A model generated the notes under the pieces. It saw only the letters and a list, made by a program, of their open reading frames with translations, had not been told where the DNA came from and did not search any database. Position numbers and translations under genes: made by a program. Of a stretch of DNA of 64,000 nt, positions 1 to 10,919 are shown piece by piece. The stretch covers positions 6,324,001 through 6,388,000 of the forward strand of contig JBHGNT010000005.1 in the NCBI GenBank assembly GCA_043228905.1, given 5' to 3'. How positions within the stretch are numbered: the first letter of the stretch is position 1; each line of letters starts with the position of its first letter. The stretch comes from Azolla caroliniana (lineage: Eukaryota > Plantae > Polypodiophyta).

Positions 1-1653
1 GAGACGACTCAAGTAGTCAGCTACAACGTGTTGGACTCCGGGCCGGTGCTGGATCTGAAAATCAAACTCCTGTCGTAGGAGCATCCATCGGGCCAGGCGA
101 CCTGTGAGAGCATGCTTATCAACCAAGTAGAGGAGAGCCGAGTGATCGACGTGGAATGTGAACTTCTGGCCCAAGAGGTAATGCCGGAACTTGTTGATGT
201 TGTAGACCATACCGAGGGCCTCGTGTTCCATTGTTGAGTAGTTCTTCTCCGCCGCCGAGAGTTGTCGGCTAGCGTAATACACTAGCCGGTACCAATTTGG
301 TGGTGTGCGCTGCATGAGCGCATTGCCTATGGCTATATCCGACCAGACTGGTGGTTGTACAACAAGGGCGTGGGAGAGCATTAACTTCAAGGCTTCGTAA
401 GCCTCGTCTTCTATTGAAGACCAGTGAGATGGAAGTCAATGCACAGTCGCGTGTAATGGAGTCGCGAAATCGGCCAGGTGTCGTAACATCCGGCTATGCC
501 ATCTGATCTGGCCTAGGAATCGACTAAGAGCCTTCGCAGTAGAGGGCGCAGGAGCATTCAGAATGGCATGCACTTTATCCAGGTCCATGGCGATACCTTC
601 CTGGAGGACTATGTGCCTGAGCAGGTTGCCGCTTGTCACCAAGAATGCGCATTTTGCCGAATTTAAGCTCAACCGAGCTTGTCGACATCACTCGAGACAG
701 AGGCGTAGCTGGGTCATATGCTCCAGCCGCTGGCCATACACGACAAAGTCGTCGAGGAACACTTGCATGAACACCGGTATATACTCGTTGAAAATCTCTG
801 TGATGATGCGTTGGAATGTGGCCGATGCCGTTTTTAATCCGAACATCATTGCCTCGGCAACGAAGACACCCCATTCCGTGACAAACGTCGTTTTCTACTG
901 ATCGTCTGGGTGCATTCTGATTTGATTATAGCCACTGAACCCATCGAGTAAACTGTAGCATTCATGACCAGCCACCGTGTCGAGGACACTATCCGTGAAC
1001 GGAAGAGGAAACCCATTGAGTTTGCGGTAATCAACGCATACGCAGATTTTTCCCATTTTTCTTGGGGACGATGATGATTGGGCTTAACCATGTGGCTCTT
1101 TTTACTGGGCGTATAAAGCCTACTCGAAGGAGTTTGTTGATTTCGTTTTTGACCTTAGCTGCGTAGTTGGGGTTCATACGGTATTGTCATTGTTGGATCG
1201 ACCAAGTGTCCGGCAGGAGGTGTACTTGGTGTTGGTAAAATTGAGGATCCAATCCCTTCATATCAGTGTAAGACCATGCGAATACATCCTGATACTCCGT
1301 GAGCAGAAGTATCACGGTTGACAGTTCGTCGACTGGTAAGTTATTAGCGATTTGTAATGTACGTGGGTTCTCGTCGAAGCCGAGGTTCAGTGACTCGAGC
1401 GTTGATGTTTTGACTCGCTGGGAGATGGTCAGTTCTCGTTCAAACGCGTCCCGAGCTTGTCATAATTCCACGATAGTTGTGGAATCGGCCTCGTCCTAGG
1501 GAAGTGAATTTGCTGTGACATCCTCGTCTGGTGGTGTGTCGAAACCCGAGATGACGTTTATTTCGAAGAGGGGTATGATAGTGGGATGATATTCCAGGAA
1601 GTCATCCACCTTCTCGTCGGCTAAGCCGTCGAGCATGTGTACCCTTTCCGTGT

Positions 1654-2667
1654 TGTCGTGAAGATTTTCGGCAATGGTGTGAAAATCACATAAGACGTAT
1701 GAAATCAAGTGTCAATCATATAAAACAATAATAGTGAATATACTAATTCTAAGTAAGTTTAAATATCTTAGTACAAAAGACGAAGATCTTGAAGAGATGC
1801 ACTTTACTACATAAGAAATGGACATCTAAGTGTCAACTTATGTGGGTAAGAAGTTGCGAAAGAAAAAGAGAAAATTGTGAGATATCCCACATAGCTAGGA
1901 CGAATAAGCCTCTCACCATATATAACGTAGAGCAAAAGTTATTATCTTTGTGTTTATGTGTGGAGCATAGAGAGTTCAAGGTAACTTGAACTAAGAGTGG
2001 AGGTGGCTTAGCCACTCATAAAGGTTTTGGCCAACCAAAACGGAACCAGACGGTAACCGACGATCGATGATCCGGCGGAATCTGCATCCGACAGAGCCGG
2101 CGAGGCGGCAGCGGAGCCGATGATATATATATAAATATATAAATATATATATACATATACAACAAGGGCAAGTAAGGATTCGAACCTTGTACCTCCAAGT
2201 TAGGAGTCAATTAGCTTACCACTAAGCCATGACATTTAGTTGAATTTATGTTTCTATCATTGTACTTTTACATGTAAATTCTCATACATGAGAGCTAAAA
2301 TGAGTGGTCAACATGGTTATCATGCACCACATGTAATACATGAGCGCCAAATGGCAAACATGCATTTTATGCATGTCTTGTACCCTCACATGCATCATAT
2401 GCATGAGAGCATCTATAAAAGAAGGGATGAAAAAAAAGAAGGGTTAGGCTTTTTTTTGTTATGAAATTAAGAAGAAGAAAATTCGTTATTGAATTGATCG
2501 TGTAACTTGTTTCTTAAAATCTAAAATCAAGAGCTCAATCTTAATCTCTCTTTCAATCTAGCTTAAATAGTTTCTCGCTAAAGCTTGCGCCAACTTCAAC
2601 TCCTTCCGGTCTAGAACCCCGACGGTTCCGCCTCACGATCTACGCGTAGTGACGGATCTTCACGACA
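1654..2667 (+). mobile_element. Solo-LTR-like insertion (1014 bp) with 12-bp terminal inverted repeats
   Basis: Starts TGTCGTGAAGAT and ends ATCTTCACGACA; flanks GTGT/GCGT (4-bp TSD with CpG decay); TATA-like ctataaaag at ~2414; AT-rich interior interrupts the outer element's pol region. Confidence 0.75.
2166..2236 (-). pseudogene. tRNA-derived sequence (Pol III A and B boxes) inside the solo LTR
   Basis: Minus strand: TGGCTTAGTGGT (A box; D-arm GCTT/AAGC), 32-nt spacer containing CT-CCT-AA, GGTTCGAATCC (B box). The acceptor stem does not pair, so it is not a functional tRNA. Confidence 0.65.
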
Positions 2668-4471
2668 GCGTATAAGGGTGTGGTGTTGGGGGGCGTGGTT
2701 AGGTGTTCTTCTGTTATTACCCATACCTTAGTCTTCCCCCGGTGGAAAGAGATCATATTCCGCTGCCAATGTTGTTTAATATTTGCTATGCGCAACCAGG
2801 GTCAGCCAAGCAGCATTGGGTAAGTGCCCAGAGCTTTGAGGCGTAACACGACTGCCGAGATAGTGAACATGTGGCTGCCTAACGTGAAATCCAGGTGGCG
2901 GATTAATCCGATGGGGTGAACCGATCGCGTATCGGCCATCTGAAGCCAAAAGGGGCAAGGTTCCCATTGGTTCAGGCCGAGTGTGTGACATGTGGCCTCG
3001 CTGATGACATTCACGCCGGAGCCACCGTCGATTATGCATCCATGAAGGTCGCGTCCTTTAATCATGATTTTCACGGCTGGATTCTGGGAATCCATGATGG
3101 GTGGGCCCGTCTTTGGCTCTGTTAGGTTAACAGGGGATGTGACCGATTTGTCGTTAGTTGTGAGCGTAGCCAAGGTATCCCGAAAGCACGGCATGAGCAG
3201 TAAAAGATTATGCAATGGCAGCAAGATCCTAGAACTGGTAAGGGCTTCCCACAGATGGTCATCTTTTGCCGCGGTGGATGGTCCTGCGAGCGGTGGTGCG
3301 CCGATGGTCACGTTTTGCATCTCTGTGTGCATCCGTTCCACGTTGCTTTTATTGGCGGTCGCAATCCATTCCTTGGCTGCTTGTCGGACGTCATCTTGTT
3401 CTTGTCATTGGCTGGCTTGGGTCTTGCTATGTGTAGTGACGTGTTGAACGTCAGTCATAATAGTATTCACGGTCGGGGCCTTGCCGCGGTCCGTGGTTGG
3501 GCATTGGGTAGCGTAGTGGCCGGATTGGTTACACTTAAAGCAGGTAACAGATGCGGAGTTGCTAGTGTCACCGTGCTCAGTGTGTGGGAAAGGTTGTGAG
3601 TGGTTCTCGGCCGCTTGTGTAGGCATGTTGGCCCGTGATGCGTTGTGCGGGACGTTTGGAGGGGGGTCCTGACGACGATTGTCGTTCTACCGTCGGTTGT
3701 TCCGCGAACCTCTGTAAGACTTTCTTCTATCGTTTTGTGAATACCACTGATCGTACTGGTCATCCCGGTCATACTCATTGTTTGCTCTATATTGGTCATC
3801 GCGGTCTTGGTCACGACAGTCGTCCAATCTCCTGCGGTTGTCGTGGCGGTAGTGGTCGTCGTCGCGGCGCTGACGATCTGGGGATCATGGTCGGTTGTTC
3901 TCCCAATGTCGATGTGACTGACGCTCGTCCTACCGTGAGTAAGTATTTCGAGGCTCGATCTGGCGAACCGGAGCCGTCGTTGTGCAGTTGAGCATGTTGT
4001 ATTCGCATTGTTCGACCGTGTGGGATCGGGACTGACATATTGGACAATGTGGCCGGTGAGGGCACTCGAGAGCCAGATGGCCTGAGCCCGAACAGGTTGT
4101 GCATTAGAGGGCTTGTCGGAACCGGTTGTCCTCCAGAGGAAGAGTGCTTTGCAAAGAGCCCATGGAGAAAGTCGTGGTATGTTGTGTCCGATCGATGGCA
4201 AAGACGCGTGTGATGACTTGCTTGATTGTCTGGTTCGAGAAATTGGTAAGTGCGAGAGTCGTCCGTAGAGGCTCCTGTAGGCTGGAAAGGAAGGTATCCA
4301 GAATGTGATGAGCGGAGACATCATCGGCCAGTTGTCGGTAGAGATCCTGAAACCGGATCGTGAACTGGGCGACCATCTCGCGAGGTTCTTGGCTCATGGA
4401 AAAGAACTGTTGGAGCAGTTCACACTTCGGAACTTCGCGGTGAAATAATTCTAGAAACTTTGTTTGGACGT

Positions 4472-5189
4472 TGTCGGGGTTGCTACGCCCTTGCGTGTAG
4501 AAAGGAGGAGGGACCACGGGGGTCTCGAACCGAAGAGCAAGAGAAAGAGGGGTAAGAGAGAGAGAGACCCGATTACACAGAACCGAAGATCCGATTGCGC
4601 AGAACCGACGGTTGCACAGGGACACGGCCCAACAAACAGAGATCACAAATACACGCCGACGCAGATGGACGCAACAACGAGAGATATGTACTTATGAATG
4701 CAAGAAAATAACAGACTAAAGTGTTACAACCCACGGTGGGGCACAAAATAGATACTAACGAAAACGAACGGGGCAGCGAACAGATGCCGACCCCTGTATG
4801 TCGCGACGCACAGAAAGGGAAAACAGGTCGGAGGTGCTGCAGGACGCACTCGGGGCGTTCCACGGAACAGCGCAAGCCTCCTCGAAACCTGCACAGGTAC
4901 GCGATGGAGCAGAAGACAGAGAAGCCGGAGTGTGAGAGAAGCTCCGAAATCGGTTCGGCAGCACTTCGTCCTCTCCGCGGGAGATGCCACTTCTCTTCTT
5001 CCTCTTCCCTTTTTATAGCCCGTCAAGAGGCCGTTTGGCATTGACTGCATACCAACCGAATCTTCCCATCTAGGATCCTCGTATGTACCTACTTCGTCCT
5101 TAGGTACTTCTTGGCGCGCGCGTGTGTGTAGAGCCGTTTCCCACGCCTTGTTCCTCCGATTCCTCTTGTGGGCGGTTTTCTTCACGACA
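4472..5189 (-). repeat. 3' LTR of the nested gypsy element
   Basis: TGTCG...CGACA termini; no differences seen versus 10920-11637 by eye, and the overlapping ORF translations are identical. Confidence 0.97.
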
Positions 5190-5201
5190 TCCGCCCCCAC
5201 C
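5190..5201 (-). promoter_or_regulatory. Polypurine tract
   Basis: GGTGGGGGCGGA abuts the 3' LTR start. Confidence 0.8.
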
Positions 5202-5261
5202 TAACCGCGCATCCACCGGCATGCGCCAAGTTAAGTTGGCACGGAGAAAACCGGCCCGCCT

Positions 5262-8200
5262 TTAATCTTCGCCTGCCGGCCCTTCCTCGGCCTCGGATCG
5301 GTCGTCGCTGCTGTCCAGGAGAATCGGGTCGGGTTCGTCGTCGTGCCGCTTCTTGAAAGCTTTGATCCTCTTCCCGGCCACGGGTATCGCTATTCTCGTA
5401 CCGTCGAGTTCCGCCAGATGATACGTCCCGTTGTCGTTGGCGCTCTGTACCGTGTACGGCCCGAACCATCTCCGTGCGAACTTCCGCGTTGCTCGGTGCT
5501 GGTTGTCGAGGCTGCTGTCGTAGACGAGCACCCAGTCACCTTCGTCGATTTTCTTCGGTCGTAGCCGGTGCGTTCGGTCGAACCGGGCTTTGTTCTTTGT
5601 CCTCGCCACCCGGAGCTTCTCCGTAGCCAGTGCCACGTCCTCCGGTCTCCGCTCGAGCTGTCGTATGCGTGCGGCCAACAACTCCTCCCGGCTCATCTCG
5701 TCCCTCCAGTCGACCGTTGCCCACGAGGAGATCGTCCGTTCAATCGGCATGATCGGCTTCTGGCCGAACACGAGCTCCGTCGGCATGTACCCGGTTACCG
5801 AACTGTGCGTGGTCCGGTCTGCCCACAAAACATAAGGTAGAAGGCGCGGCCAGTTGCCGACCTGGCCTCCGCATGCCCGAACCAGCGCCTTAACGATCGG
5901 TCCGTGTCCGCGCTCCACCTTTCCATTCGCCTCCGGGTTATACGCAGTGGTGAGCGAGAGTTTGACTCCCAGCCGATCGAACAGCTCCGCGGCTTCCTCG
6001 GCGTCCAACTCCCCTCGGTCAGCCACGATCTTCCCGACGCACCCGTACCGGCATATCACGTCCTCGATTAGGAACCGACATACGGCCGCGGTCGTTTTGT
6101 TCGGAAGGGCCCGGCCTTCCACCTGGTTCGTCAGATCCTCCCGCGCTAGGACCAGGTACCGCATCTGTCCTACCCCCATTGGCATCGTCACCAGGTCTAC
6201 CATCCATTTGAAGTGGATGGTCGGAGGGTACGTAGGGTGAAGCTCGTCCCGGTGTCGGACCACGGAGTGCATCTGACAGCTCTCGCAAGTTGTCACGAAT
6301 CGATGCACGTCCCGGTACTGCCCCGGCCACCAATACTTCCCCTTCAGTTTCTCAAACGTAGCCCATGTTCCACGGTGTCCAGCCCAAGGGCTGTCGTGGT
6401 AGGCCGCCAGTAGCTCCTCCTGTTCTTCCTTCATCGCCACCACCCGGAGCGGGACGCCGTTCCTCTTCTTCGGGTGCTTCCACAAATGCCCATCTCGGAG
6501 GAAGAATCGATATGCTTTCTTCCGGATCCGGTTGGCCTCGTCCTTCGTCCATGACGCATCGGGCGTCATTGTCTTCAAAAACCCGCCGATCTGCAGCCAC
6601 TCCCCGTCGTACTTGCTCGCGTCAAACTCGTTAAGCGCCGGAGTGCTCATCCCGTCGGTCGTTACGTATGCCGCCTCGAAGAAATCTACGCCGACTTCTT
6701 CGTCTTCCGAAACCATGCCGCCCTCGTCGCCGAACCTCGCCCTCGAAAGCATGTCGGCCATGGCGTTGTCTTTCCCGGAAATGTGTCGTATTTCCGGGTC
6801 CAGGGACTTGATGTACGCTATCCACCTGAGCATCGCCAGGTCCGGAGTCGCGCATCCGGAAACCATACCGAGAATCGGCAGGCAGTCCGTCTCGATGATC
6901 ACTTCTGTCCCTATCAGGTAGTCTTTGTCAGCCTTAACCGCCGAAACAATACCCCAGAGTTCGCGTTTAACCTGGGCGTATCCTCGCTGCCGTTCACTGA
7001 GGACTTTCGCGCCGAATCGGATCGGAAACCGATTGCCGTCCTCGTCTTCCTGGTTCACGACCCATCCGATCCCGGTCGGACTGGTATCCACCGTTATGAA
7101 TACCGGGGTACCCTTCCCGTAAACCGCCTTCCGGAGTGCCGGTGCCGCTGCAAGGGCCTCTTTCAGCTTCCGGACCGATTCCGCGTGCTCGTCTAGCCAT
7201 TCGAACCTTCGCCCCTTTTTCAGCAACCCGTACAGTGGCTCCGCGACGTGTGCGTAATGCGGGATCCACATGTGGTAGAACGCGCATGCCCCCAGGAATC
7301 TCCGTACTTCCGTGACCGAGCTGCAGTCGGGCTTCATCGCGGAGATGGCTTCTACCTTTGCCGGAGACGGTTTCCGGCCATATGGTCCGCACAGGTGTCC
7401 GACCACCATGATTTCTGACTGCCCGAAGGCCGACTTCTCCCCGGAGAAGGTGAGTCTCGCATCCTCTAGCCTTTGCAGCACCTTCTCGCAGTCGTCGATG
7501 TGCGCCGCCACGAATCGCCGGCATCCGTCCGGCCCGATCGTCTCCTCCTTTTCTTCCACCGGGCATCCCTTGATCGGGATGTCGTCCAGAAACGGCATGG
7601 TGATGTCCGGGATACAGTCCCTCAGAACCTTGTTCATCGCATTCACCATGTGGGCCACCGAGTTGGTCCCTCCTTGCGGCAGTGTACACATCCGAACTAG
7701 GCCGAGGGGAGTTCGCATCGTCGTAATGTCTCTGCTCTCCACGGCTAGCTGGAACTGGTCGTACCCTGAGTATAGATCACCGACCGAGTAAATTGACCTT
7801 CCGGCGAAGGCCTCCGCAAACTCGTCTATGGTCGGTCCGATCCCTGCGTTCCGAATGGTCACTCGATTGACCGGCTGCAGGTCCTGGATGAAGCGCAACG
7901 AACCGTTTTTCTTCGGTACGGTAAACCATCGATTCGAATATGGGGCGCTCGACGGCTCGAGAATTCCCATATCAACTTTCTGCCTCAGCAGCTCCATCAA
8001 CTTCGGGATGTGAGCTCTCGGAACCGGGATTGGCTTGAGATTCCATGGTACATGCGGTACCGTGAATATCACCATCGGCTCCACGATCGTCGGGTCAACG
8101 CACCCAATTTCCTTCGGCGAGAATGCGAAGGCTTTCCCGTGCCTTCCGAGCATTCTCCGAAACCGGTCTTCCTCCGCCGGCAGTAGGAACCCGCCCCCAC

Positions 8201-8759
8201 CGATTTTGAGCTCTCGGAGCGTCTCGTCGGTGAAGGTGTGTCCTATGCAGGCCGGATCTCGTAGACTAGGGTCCGATGCAACCCCTTTGATTCTCGACGC
8301 GCTGTCCTCCGGTAAGGGTGCCGCGACTGGCCTTACCTTCCGGTCCACAGTCTTGTACTTGGTGCTTACGTGGGCCGTCCGAACTGACTCGAGCCCTCGA
8401 CCGAAGTCCGCGATGACTCCGTACATTTCCCCGGAACACACCGGTACCGTCCGGTCTTCGTTAAGGCCTTCTTCGATTACCTTTCCCAGCATTCCCAAGG
8501 TGTCGTCGAATGAGACCGCCTCCACGGCTCCGTTGATTCCCTCGTCCGGGCCGAGAACTCCGCACGCTCGAAGTCTCCCCTCCGCCTTTGTCTTCTCTCG
8601 GCCTCCGATGCCGACTATCGTACACGCTCCGCTGTCGGAGAACCAAAATTCCCTACCTATGGTACAAGGTTTCTTCGGTTTTATCGTACAGGTGTGGGGT
8701 TTTCCCGGGGTGTCCGGACTGTCGCGGCCCCACGCCTTGGCAGCCCTCTCTAAAAATCC
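5262..8759 (-). CDS. pol: Pol (RT-RNase H-integrase), in the -1 frame relative to gag
   Basis: RT (DLYSGYDQ, LPQG, FLDD), RNase H (VDTS, ELWG, ETDC, ADMLSR), integrase (HHCC, D-D-E, WFGPY); no chromodomain. The frame is open from the slippery site at 8759 to the stop. Confidence 0.92.
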   Translation of the reverse strand, partial: GFLERAAKAWGRDSPDTPGKPHTCTIKPKKPCTIGREFWFSDSGACTIVGIGGREKTKAEGRLRACGVLGPDEGINGAVEAVSFDDTLGMLGKVIEEGLNEDRTVPVCSGEMYGVIADFGRGLESVRTAHVSTKYKTVDRKVRPVAAPLPEDSASRIKGVASDPSLRDPACIGHTFTDETLRELKIGGGGFLLPAEEDRFRRMLGRHGKAFAFSPKEIGCVDPTIVEPMVIFTVPHVPWNLKPIPVPRAHIPKLMELLRQKVDMGILEPSSAPYSNRWFTVPKKNGSLRFIQDLQPVNRVTIRNAGIGPTIDEFAEAFAGRSIYSVGDLYSGYDQFQLAVESRDITTMRTPLGLVRMCTLPQGGTNSVAHMVNAMNKVLRDCIPDITMPFLDDIPIKGCPVEEKEETIGPDGCRRFVAAHIDDCEKVLQRLEDARLTFSGEKSAFGQSEIMVVGHLCGPYGRKPSPAKVEAISAMKPDCSSVTEVRRFLGACAFYHMWIPHYAHVAEPLYGLLKKGRRFEWLDEHAESVRKLKEALAAAPALRKAVYGKGTPVFITVDTSPTGIGWVVNQEDEDGNRFPIRFGAKVLSERQRGYAQVKRELWGIVSAVKADKDYLIGTEVIIETDCLPILGMVSGCATPDLAMLRWIAYIKSLDPEIRHISGKDNAMADMLSRARFGDEGGMVSEDEEVGVDFFEAAYVTTDGMSTPALNEFDASKYDGEWLQIGGFLKTMTPDASWTKDEANRIRKKAYRFFLRDGHLWKHPKKRNGVPLRVVAMKEEQEELLAAYHDSPWAGHRGTWATFEKLKGKYWWPGQYRDVHRFVTTCESCQMHSVVRHRDELHPTYPPTIHFKWMVDLVTMPMGVGQMRYLVLAREDLTNQVEGRALPNKTTAAVCRFLIEDVICRYGCVGKIVADRGELDAEEAAELFDRLGVKLSLTTAYNPEANGKVERGHGPIVKALVRACGGQVGNWPRLLPYVLWADRTTHSSVTGYMPTELVFGQKPIMPIERTISSWATVDWRDEMSREELLAARIRQLERRPEDVALATEKLRVARTKNKARFDRTHRLRPKKIDEGDWVLVYDSSLDNQHRATRKFARRWFGPYTVQSANDNGTYHLAELDGTRIAIPVAGKRIKAFKKRHDDEPDPILLDSSDDRSEAEEGPAGED
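8694..8759 (-). promoter_or_regulatory. Predicted -1 ribosomal frameshift signal (G_GAU_UUU + H-type pseudoknot)
   Basis: Heptamer 8759-8753 immediately before the gag TAG; 6-nt spacer; S1 GGGCTG (8746-8741)/CAGTCC (8721-8716); S2 GTGGGG (8733-8728)/CCCCAC (8699-8694). Confidence 0.8.
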
Positions 8760-10876
8760 TCTCGGTTATCAGAACCGAGGGAGTCGCGGTTACGCTCGTG
8801 GTTCGGCCTAACCGTCAAAAACTGGACCGAATGGCGCCCGTCCTGGCTTTTGACCCGCGCATAGGCCGAACCGTTGTCCAGCACCTTGGTCTCCATTCGC
8901 GCCGCCGTGATGTACGGCTCTCCCAGTATGACCGGATGCGAAGACGTCTCCTGCACGAAGAAGTGCTGGTCAATCTCGACGTCGCCGATCTTGACTCGCA
9001 CATTCGGACAGGCCCCGTGCAGTTCCTCGGTGGCGCGCGTTGCTGCCCTTATTTTCCACCCGTGCTTGGTGTTGATCGGCCATTTGCCCTTCTTATAGAA
9101 GTCCATGGACATCAAATTGATCTCCGATCCGTGGTCCACCAAAGCTATCACCGGTTCCTGGACATCGCCGATCTTCACCGGGGTTTCCGTGGTCGCTCGG
9201 GCCCAGTGTGGCCGCGAATAGTGGCTCTCCGCCCACTCGTCTTCCAGCGCCATGTCGTCCAGGTGCGTCGTCCGCACTTCCACCGGTCTTTCCGGTTCTG
9301 TCTCCGTCGACAGCCTCTTCCGTTTCACCAAGTCCACGATGGAGTCGTGGAACTCCTTCTTGGCGATTCCCAGCACCTCCCGTAGCGACAGCTCCACCTT
9401 GCTGTCGAGGATCCGTTCCTCCAGGACCTTCCGTAAGTCCGTGGTCCTTTCTATCTCCGTCCCCAGACGGTATCCGCCCTTCTGGGGTTTATCTTGCGTA
9501 CCGGTCCCGCCGGCTTCGTCCCGTCGTGGCCCGGACCGGGTCTCGTATCGTTGTGAGGGCCCGGTCGTCCCGGGTTTCCCCACCCGCTTCTCTTCTACCA
9601 GAGCCTCGTAGTTCCGGCAAGCGGCTTCCACGAAGCCCGTCTTTTCCTCGACCGGGTCGCTCCACCCGGTCATCTCCCGTACCCGTCTCTCCGCACGGTC
9701 CGATTCCTCCTTTTTAAGCCCTGCACCGGCAAGGCCTTCCAGCATCGTCGGCCAGAATCCGGCTTTGCTTCCCTTTCGGGCCTCGCCGCCCCCGACTCGA
9801 ATACCGGCCGACGCCGAGTAGTGGACGGTTTCCGCATGTCGGGCCGCCGCCTCTTCCATCAACCTCTTCATTCCGCCTCGCCCGTCGTTTCGGTTTAGGG
9901 CCCTTCTCGTGTCGTTGGCGTGAACCCGGCCTTCCCATAGGTACACCACCCGGTTCCTCAGCGCCTCTGCGAAGTCGCCGCAGTCCTTCCGAATGTGGCC
10001 GACTTCATCGCACCACATGCACCTGTTTCCTGCCGCCGGCCGTCGGTCGCGAGCCGGTTCGCCTCCTTCCCTTCGGGCCTGCGCGATTTGGAGGTCCTTT
10101 ATCGCCTTCGTCAATTCCTCCAACGCAGCTCCTCCAGTCGAGCCTCTGATCCTGCCGGTCGGAGCTGAACCGGATTCCAGCCATTCCCGAGTCTCTTCCC
10201 TTCGCACCGGCTGCGCCGGCTCGAGTTTCCTCGCCGCGACTGAGCCCGACCCGGTTGCTCTGTCATCCTCCCATTCTCGCCGTTTGTCGAAACGGCCGCA
10301 GGCTCTCTTGACCGCCGCCCAGTCGGCTGTCAGCCCGTCTTCGGTTTCTAGCAGGGCGCCCACGTGACTCCGATCCCTCTCGTCAACCGATTTGACGAAC
10401 AGCAGGACCCGGCTTGTATCCAGGACCATCCTGTCAAGCGCCGAAAGGCGCGCGAGGTTCTCCTCGAACTCCCGGAGGAGTGCCGACGCATTCCTCCCTT
10501 TCCCGGGGGACTCCACCCACTCCATGAAGCTTCGCTTCGAAAGCCGGAGCGCGTCGTCCAGTCCGTATTTTTCCAGGAGCCGACCTTCGAACTCCTCCCA
10601 GGTACGGCTCTCCGCTCGCACCTCGAGCACCTCCGCGTGGATGCTCGGCATCGCTACTCGGGGAAAACCGGCAAGACGCCTGTCTTCCGGAATGTCCCGC
10701 ATTAACATTTCCGCACCGTAGGACGCCAGGTACTTCGTGGCATCTTTCCCGGTGAATCGACCGATCGTTCCGACGACCGCCTCAATAGCTCTATCGAGGG
10801 CGCCGGTGCCCTCGCGCGCGCTTACTATCCGATCCACGGCCGAAGCCATGGCCTCTGCAAGATCCGCCCCCTTCAT
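8750..10876 (-). CDS. gag: Gag-protease polyprotein of the nested gypsy element
   Basis: First ATG at 10876 (the ORF-track GTG lies inside the PBS); CCHC knuckle CMWCDEVGHIRKDC; aspartic protease ALVDHGSEINLM...ILGEPY. Confidence 0.9.
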   Translation of the reverse strand: MKGADLAEAMASAVDRIVSAREGTGALDRAIEAVVGTIGRFTGKDATKYLASYGAEMLMRDIPEDRRLAGFPRVAMPSIHAEVLEVRAESRTWEEFEGRLLEKYGLDDALRLSKRSFMEWVESPGKGRNASALLREFEENLARLSALDRMVLDTSRVLLFVKSVDERDRSHVGALLETEDGLTADWAAVKRACGRFDKRREWEDDRATGSGSVAARKLEPAQPVRREETREWLESGSAPTGRIRGSTGGAALEELTKAIKDLQIAQARREGGEPARDRRPAAGNRCMWCDEVGHIRKDCGDFAEALRNRVVYLWEGRVHANDTRRALNRNDGRGGMKRLMEEAAARHAETVHYSASAGIRVGGGEARKGSKAGFWPTMLEGLAGAGLKKEESDRAERRVREMTGWSDPVEEKTGFVEAACRNYEALVEEKRVGKPGTTGPSQRYETRSGPRRDEAGGTGTQDKPQKGGYRLGTEIERTTDLRKVLEERILDSKVELSLREVLGIAKKEFHDSIVDLVKRKRLSTETEPERPVEVRTTHLDDMALEDEWAESHYSRPHWARATTETPVKIGDVQEPVIALVDHGSEINLMSMDFYKKGKWPINTKHGWKIRAATRATEELHGACPNVRVKIGDVEIDQHFFVQETSSHPVILGEPYITAARMETKVLDNGSAYARVKSQDGRHSVQFLTVRPNHERNRDSLGSDNREDF

Positions 10877-10898
10877 CTTCTGCTCTTCTGCCGCCTCT

Positions 10899-10916
10899 TT
10901 CACGTCGGGTTCACCA
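10899..10916 (-). promoter_or_regulatory. Primer-binding site complementary to tRNA-Trp 3' end
   Basis: Minus strand TGGTGAACCCGACGTGAA, 3 nt after the 5' LTR; complementary to the plant cytosolic tRNA-Trp end ...TTCACGTCGGGTTCACCA (recalled sequence). Confidence 0.85.
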
Positions 10917-10919
10917 AGA

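Noticed and set aside
2166-2236. Functional tRNA-Arg(CCT) gene
   Set aside because: Acceptor and anticodon stems do not pair; kept only as a tRNA-derived element.
8523-8525. GTG start assigned to the Pol ORF by the ORF track
   Set aside because: The frame is open upstream to the slippery site; frameshift entry is the better explanation.
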